64,000 nt of DNA. It comes from Nemertoderma westbladi. Lineage: Eukaryota; Animalia; Xenacoelomorpha. Numbering within the stretch: position 1 is the stretch's first letter; the number at the start of each line of letters is the position of its first letter. Shown here in pieces: positions 59,301 through 64,000 of this stretch. The stretch is from positions 15,985 to 79,984 of the forward strand of contig JAUCBJ010006851.1 of assembly GCA_032718475.1 (NCBI GenBank). Reading direction: 5' to 3'. The notes beneath the pieces are model-generated. The model saw only the letters and a list, made by a program, of their open reading frames with translations, was not told the DNA's origin and searched no databases. The position numbers and the translations under genes were made by a program.

Positions 59301-60900
59301 TTTGGAAATGGATTTCTTGTCTGCTTTCCTAGAACACACCCCTCACAAAAGTTCAGTTTGTCCTCAACGTTAATATCTAAGCCATTGACGCAGTCATCTT
59401 TAAACATAATTTTTAGTGTCTGTTCATTAACGTGTCCTAAACGGCGATGCCATATGTCCAAAGTTGATGCAGAATATACAAAGTTCTCATTATTATTTGG
59501 AACTTTAATTACAGAACCGTCAAGTTCGTACTGGTTACCATTTTCTCGTATCTGTGCAATGGCTAGCAGTTTATCATTAAATCTATCGAAAATTTCACAT
59601 TTTCTCAGGTTAAATATGACACATGAATTGTGTTCAGTAATTCGTTTCACAGATAACAAATTTTGACTCAAATTTGTTACAAACAATACGTTTTCAAATA
59701 CACAGTTTCCCCTTTTATTAGGATTTTCCCACTTTACTTTACCTTTCCCTAATGCCTCAACAGTCTCACCATTTGCCAGATGAACAACCTGAGATTGACT
59801 GAATTCGCAATACTCGTCAAAATAATCTAATTTACAACACATATGTTGTGTTGCGCCAGAATCAATGAACCATTTAATCGAATTGTCATCACTATTTGTA
59901 AGTAATGTAGAAGACCAAAATGTACATGAGTCAGTTGAATAAGTTAGGTTCACATTTGATTTAAGGGTTGGTTGTTCTGGAAAATTATTTGATCTACAAT
60001 ATTTTGCTATATGACCAAGTTTACCACAGTTAAAACATTTAGCGGGTCTAAAATTTCCACCACTGTAACTATTTCTTTGGTTGCCAAAATTGTTGCCTAT
60101 ATTGTAGTTGCTGTTATTGAATCCACGATTCCCACTAAATCCTCGTTGTTGGTGTTGCTGGACACCAGAGACTGATAAGTTTCTAGTTTGGCTCAGCAAT
60201 GCATCATTTTCTCCATTTTCAGGCTTTTTGGACTCTATTCTCTTTTGCTCTACCATTAACAGTTTTTGACGGAGGTACTCAAGTGTGAGATTATCATTCA
60301 TTTCTAGGGTATTAACTAAATTGTCAAAGGGTTCAGGTAAACTTAGCAGCAACTCCCACACCTGCTCGATTTCTGAAACTTCAGCCCCTATCGCCGCTAA
60401 TTGAGTTGCCAATTCTTGGTGTTTATTTATATGAGATAACATGTCGCCACCATCACACAATCTCGCATTGCGGTATTTCCGTTTAAGGAATATGATGTTT
60501 TGCATTGTTCTCATTTCGTACTGTTTCTTTAATGCGTCCCATGCATCTTTTGCAGTGAGTTTTCCTATAACTAATGGCAACTGAGGGTCACACAGATGTA
60601 GGCTAATTTCAGCCCGCGCTTTTGAATCTCTTTTATTGAATTTTTGAAGTGCCTCTCCACCACTTTCTGGGGCAACTTCTTCACCTATCACGATTTCCCA
60701 TAAATCCAAAGAAATCAACACCATCTGTATTTTATGTTTCCACATAAACCAATTCGTGCCGTTAAATTTATCTGTGCGCAACCCAACTTTATATTCACTA
60801 GCCATGGCTGATCGATGTACATTTACTTTACTTCAATAAGTGCAGCATATTCCTGCATTCGTTTGCTGATACCGGTATCCAATACTGCAGTCAGTAATAA
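56362..60900 (-). mobile_element. Ty1/Copia LTR retrotransposon (5' LTR not in window; right boundary approximate)
   Basis: 3' LTR 56362-56621 with TGTTAGAAAT...ATTTCCAACA ends; PPT GAGTGGGAG at 56622-56630; intact ORF. Confidence 0.92.
56708..60805 (-). CDS. Copia Gag-Pol (1365 aa, intact)
   Basis: CFNCGKLGHIAKYC, FIDSGAT, WHRRLGH, HSDVCGP, QNGVAER, YKARLVA, LYVDD and YVDADW motifs in PR-IN-RT-RH order. Confidence 0.96.
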   Translation of the reverse strand: MASEYKVGLRTDKFNGTNWFMWKHKIQMVLISLDLWEIVIGEEVAPESGGEALQKFNKRDSKARAEISLHLCDPQLPLVIGKLTAKDAWDALKKQYEMRTMQNIIFLKRKYRNARLCDGGDMLSHINKHQELATQLAAIGAEVSEIEQVWELLLSLPEPFDNLVNTLEMNDNLTLEYLRQKLLMVEQKRIESKKPENGENDALLSQTRNLSVSGVQQHQQRGFSGNRGFNNSNYNIGNNFGNQRNSYSGGNFRPAKCFNCGKLGHIAKYCRSNNFPEQPTLKSNVNLTYSTDSCTFWSSTLLTNSDDNSIKWFIDSGATQHMCCKLDYFDEYCEFSQSQVVHLANGETVEALGKGKVKWENPNKRGNCVFENVLFVTNLSQNLLSVKRITEHNSCVIFNLRKCEIFDRFNDKLLAIAQIRENGNQYELDGSVIKVPNNNENFVYSASTLDIWHRRLGHVNEQTLKIMFKDDCVNGLDINVEDKLNFCEGCVLGKQTRNPFPKTSNSRASDVLELVHSDVCGPMSKASNGGNRYFVTFIDDKSRFCGVYFMKEKCEVMEKFVEFIQMAERQTDKNIKVIRFDNGGEYLNNDFDNFLKQKGIRKQVTVRYSPQQNGVAERKNRTLVESGRSMIEYAGLPISFWAESVLVSVYINNRCLTKAVTNQVPYECFYGKKPSVSDFKVFGCDAWVHVPSQKRKKWDPKSERHIFIGYDGEKKGYRVYDPHTRRVFVSRDVRFDEHSFGDRISHIKHEIESKCFDNTAIDDIVVPVAPVIVTGKVNYKLETEPEMRTEKVNDKLNYKLETEPVMRTEKVNDKSKTVPEVRKSSRVRKLPDRYGEWIEGDEFDNMVFSVSMEPRTINEALEGDSSDQWKSAIENEYNSLTNNKTWSLVELPEGRTVVGSKWTFKEKKDSNGEVIRYKARLVAQGFTQQPNLDYQETFAPVARCTSIRTILALVNEYNLELHQMDVETAFLNGVLEEEIFMKQPDGFIKEGNENLVCKLHKSIYGLKQASRCWYQVMDDHLKGSGYIQSDSDPCIYIKHIGDNFMILALYVDDLLMASNDITMLIGEKDLLKKRFQMKDIGEATWCLGIKIDRNRSNGSMKLSQRSYLENILKCFGMENCNSVSTPIDPSITLSPNEGDPVDKRSYQAAIGALNYIVSATRPDIAASLSSVNQFCSNPGNEHWVAVKRILRYIKGTPDIGVEFVSSKVNIAKLVGYVDADWGRNYDRKSMSGFLFFINNSLISWSCKKQSTVAQSTTEAEYIAASLATRELVWLRTLLKDLGFEQGKSTTLYEDNNGCIALSKDHRFHGRTKHIEIKHHFVRDMVNKKLVTLEHCSSNNMIADIMTKPLSKEKFIEFRTKMMTLV

Positions 60901-61056
60901 GCCTATATTATGACGCAATATGTTTAGAATATAGGCCTATTATTTTAATTTTTATGACACTGGTACAGCAGTCTGGCAGCGAGTATGCTGTTCTACATCC
61001 CGTCCCTACTGATACTACTGTAAACTTTGCTCATACTATTCAGCTATTTCTTTGAA

Positions 61057-62121
61057 ATGGAAACTGGAAATCGTTACTTGGCTCTTACAGACTCTATTGA
61101 CAGTATCCGAGAGGATATAAATGGTCAAAGGCTATCTATAACAGACAAAATAAACAAAACAAGTGATGCGTTAAATACACTTCCTGAGCTGATAGATAAA
61201 AAGGTTCGCCAATGTTTGGAGGAAAGTACCTGTGATCGATCCAACACTGAGGTGTCACTTGTCGAACACATATCCCAGGAGGTTTATAAAGGAATCGAAT
61301 TTGAGGTTTCCAATCTGAGAGCAGATTTAAAAAAATCTCTAGTAATGCTGGATACGGTTAATCTGCGCATCGACAACGTATATTCGATATTAGACGACCA
61401 TGAGCAGTATTCCCGTAAAAATTGTATCCTCATCCATGGCATTTCACTACCGCCTGGTAATGAGGATGTTGACAAACCTTCGGAGTATGTGATTGATATG
61501 CTAAACCGAAAGATGAATCTAAACCTATCGATACTGGACATCGACACATGCCACAACCTACCAAAGAAAAACAGTGGCCACGAACACGCCATCGGAATGT
61601 CAATGGAAGCTGGTACCGGTACCGGTACCGGTACCAGTATGGCCATAATTAAATTCGTAAACTACCGCGCTAAACTAAAATGTATTCGAAATCGTAAAAA
61701 ATTGAAGGGTGACAGTATGATCATAACAGACAGCCTAACGCATCGACGTGCCGAATTGCTGAAAGCGGCAAAGATGAAAGGAGGGAAGCGTTCAGCCTGG
61801 TCGCATGACGGAAAGATTATTGTAGCCAAGCAGAATGGCGGTTCCATGCAGGTTTTCTCAATGAAGGACATAGCTACATGGATACCTCCGCTACTTACAC
61901 CCACTGCCAAGACGAGTGACAAACCCCAACAACAACCAAAACCAACTACCGGTACCGGCAATCTGCAAGGGTTAGGTGGTGGAGAAACGGCATCGTCACG
62001 TAGTACCCCTCGAGCTAACCCCAGTTCTGTTACTCGCAAATCGCACCTGATACAAGCAAATAAGCCAAACGAAAACATTAGAGGTAAGAAAATCCAACCC
62101 CAACAGGGACATAGGAAATAA
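61057..62121 (+). CDS. LINE ORF1 (coiled-coil plus RRM-like)
   Basis: EQYSRKNCILIHGI, IIKF, ITDSLT and AWSHDGKI motifs typical of LINE ORF1p; first ATG at 61057. Confidence 0.8.
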   Translation: METGNRYLALTDSIDSIREDINGQRLSITDKINKTSDALNTLPELIDKKVRQCLEESTCDRSNTEVSLVEHISQEVYKGIEFEVSNLRADLKKSLVMLDTVNLRIDNVYSILDDHEQYSRKNCILIHGISLPPGNEDVDKPSEYVIDMLNRKMNLNLSILDIDTCHNLPKKNSGHEHAIGMSMEAGTGTGTGTSMAIIKFVNYRAKLKCIRNRKKLKGDSMIITDSLTHRRAELLKAAKMKGGKRSAWSHDGKIIVAKQNGGSMQVFSMKDIATWIPPLLTPTAKTSDKPQQQPKPTTGTGNLQGLGGGETASSRSTPRANPSSVTRKSHLIQANKPNENIRGKKIQPQQGHRK

Positions 62122-62951
62122 CTATATATCATCGCCCCAAAATGGTATCAGTAGTTTCTTTTTATTAACTTTTAATTTTGTGTCTGTACTGTTTTTATAT
62201 ATTCAGCAAACTACTCTAACTATACACATTGTACATCAAGTACCGATATATTTATGTGCTACATATTATCTATACCACTATCTTAACAACACAACAGTAT
62301 TCTCATATTATTTTATACAGTATTTATGCATGCATTTACCCTTACATACATGTACTAAAGTGCTTATTATCTCACAGTTTCAATTTTTGATATCAACTGC
62401 TCTTGATACCAGTTAATTTACTACCAACCATCATATATACGCACTATATACTCAGACAATTGTTAGGTATGCATTACCAGTATTTTATGTTTGTTTGTGT
62501 TTTTGTTACCCAGCTATTTACTACCGATGACTCATTTCCACTTATGTTTGGCGCGACGCGCGACAATGGACAAACAATGCATACCGGTACTAAATTTAAA
62601 CCTGTTGGGTATGTGTTATTGCAATACAAGATGTCAGTTTGTTACCCAGTTATTTACTAGCATATTTTGCACTTATTTTGCCACGACAATAATGCATATC
62701 CATGTCAATATACTTAGACCATTGCATGCAGTGTATATTATAAATCATAGATTTTATAGATATGCACTATCCATAGTACAGTATAATATATACATTGTGC
62801 ATTCGTAATTTTGTTCTTGTTTTTTTTTTATTATTATTACATTGATTTATTTGTGCATGCATGCAATCAAACCCACGCTAAGTACACCAGATGCCCTGCG
62901 CCTGCATCCTGGTACCATTTTGGTCTCATCATAACTCTTGTAAACATAAAC

Positions 62952-64000
62952 ATGGCGTCCATAAATGAAAAGTCCCACTGTAAAGGCCCAAAATTCCCGT
63001 GCAAGTTATGTATCTCTGAAGTTAGAAACAACCAATCAGCCCTATGCTGTGACTACTGTGAAAAGTGGCTCCATTTAAAATGTATCTCAATTAATCTAAC
63101 CAACAAACATTACAGATATTTCCAAAATTCTACCCTACCTTGGTACTGCCCTGATTGCTTGTCTGAAAACTTACCATTCCTAAATATTACAGACGATAAA
63201 GAATACATATTAACACTACGTGATTACCGCATCCCAACCCACCTTGATACCTCCTATCTAGACGCACTCTACTTTGAAGCTTATAGGGTACCAGACCCCG
63301 AACCATCTACAACAGACTTTGACTCAAATATAAATCCAGAACACAACATAGAGACGAACACATCTCACTTACGAAACTGCAGTTATAACTTTGCTGACGA
63401 TTTCAATTCTAATTTTACTAAACAAACGCCCAAATTATCGCTTATTCACTTCAATGCACGCAGTCTGAATGCCAACTTTGATAAAATAACACAACTCCTT
63501 GATAATATTGACACAAAATTTAATTTAATTGGCATCTCTGAAACGTGGCTTGAGGATGATGATAGTGATACCACTAAACAATTTAAGCTACCCAACTATA
63601 CTCTCTACTCAAATTCCCGCTCAACTACAACAGGTGGAGGTGTAGCACTTTATGTACAGAATGACATTTCAGTAAAAGTACGTAAGGATTTAAATCTACC
63701 TAAAAATATAACTTCAACTGAAGTATTATTCCTAGAAATACCTCGAGAAAAATCTAAAAATTTAATAGTTGGAGTTGTTTACCGTCCACCTGGCACCAAC
63801 ATACAAGACACCATTAGCGCACTAAATACACCACTAACAAAAATCAATACAGAAGACAAACCATGTTTTATAATGGGAGATTTCAACGTTGACCTCCTAA
63901 AGACCAACACACACAATTTGACCTCTGACTTTTTTAGTTTTATGACATCCTTCAATTACCAACACTGTATATCTAAGCCTACTCGCATTACTGATACCTC
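62952..64000 (+). CDS. LINE ORF2 N-terminus: PHD finger plus AP endonuclease (incomplete)
   Basis: Manual translation: MASINEK...CKLC...CDYCEKWLHLKC...WYCPDC, then HFNARSL, IGISETWL, GGGVALYV, VYRPP, MGDFNVD, PTRIT; absent from the ORF track, consistent with no stop in the window. Confidence 0.9.
   Translation, partial: MASINEKSHCKGPKFPCKLCISEVRNNQSALCCDYCEKWLHLKCISINLTNKHYRYFQNSTLPWYCPDCLSENLPFLNITDDKEYILTLRDYRIPTHLDTSYLDALYFEAYRVPDPEPSTTDFDSNINPEHNIETNTSHLRNCSYNFADDFNSNFTKQTPKLSLIHFNARSLNANFDKITQLLDNIDTKFNLIGISETWLEDDDSDTTKQFKLPNYTLYSNSRSTTTGGGVALYVQNDISVKVRKDLNLPKNITSTEVLFLEIPREKSKNLIVGVVYRPPGTNIQDTISALNTPLTKINTEDKPCFIMGDFNVDLLKTNTHNLTSDFFSFMTSFNYQHCISKPTRITDT

Larger units (their letters stand above)
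60950..64000 (+). mobile_element. CR1/L2-group non-LTR retrotransposon (5' boundary approximate, runs off window)
   Basis: ORF1 plus ORF2 with PHD finger and AP endonuclease. Confidence 0.85.

Noticed and set aside
220-62808. Numerous short antisense and alternative-frame ORFs in the track
   Set aside because: Shadows of long retroelement ORFs or low-complexity DNA; no independent motifs.

Overview
Eukaryotic (AT-rich, probably invertebrate) intronic DNA made almost entirely of nested retroelements. A single symmetric cbEGF exon (13955-14095, +) marks the host gene. Seven LTR elements all lie on the minus strand: a decayed BEL/Pao (BEL-A, <1-10851); an old BEL-like gag 'host' element (BEL-H) split by a Kolobok-type MITE, a second BEL (BEL-B, 16127-28131), a Mag-like Gypsy (29568-35112) and a young intact BEL (BEL-C, 35306-51932); a BEL-A relative (BEL-D); and a Copia with an intact ORF. 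A CR1/L2-type LINE (+) follows the Copia, and a foldback element lies at 11581-13444. The main signal is a BEL/Pao lineage that departs from the usual LTR-element pattern. Its LTRs end TAT...ATA instead of TG...CA. It has no tRNA PBS; in two families with unrelated LTR sequences the 11-12 nt next to the 5' LTR are exactly complementary to a segment inside the element's own LTR, followed by GGG, which suggests Tf1-like self-priming. BEL-C also carries a 3' accessory ORF with three CCHC knuckles and an RG-rich tail, ten dispersed copies of a bulged hairpin motif, and a tRNA-like Pol III unit in its LTR. All family assignments come from motif recognition only; no searches were run.
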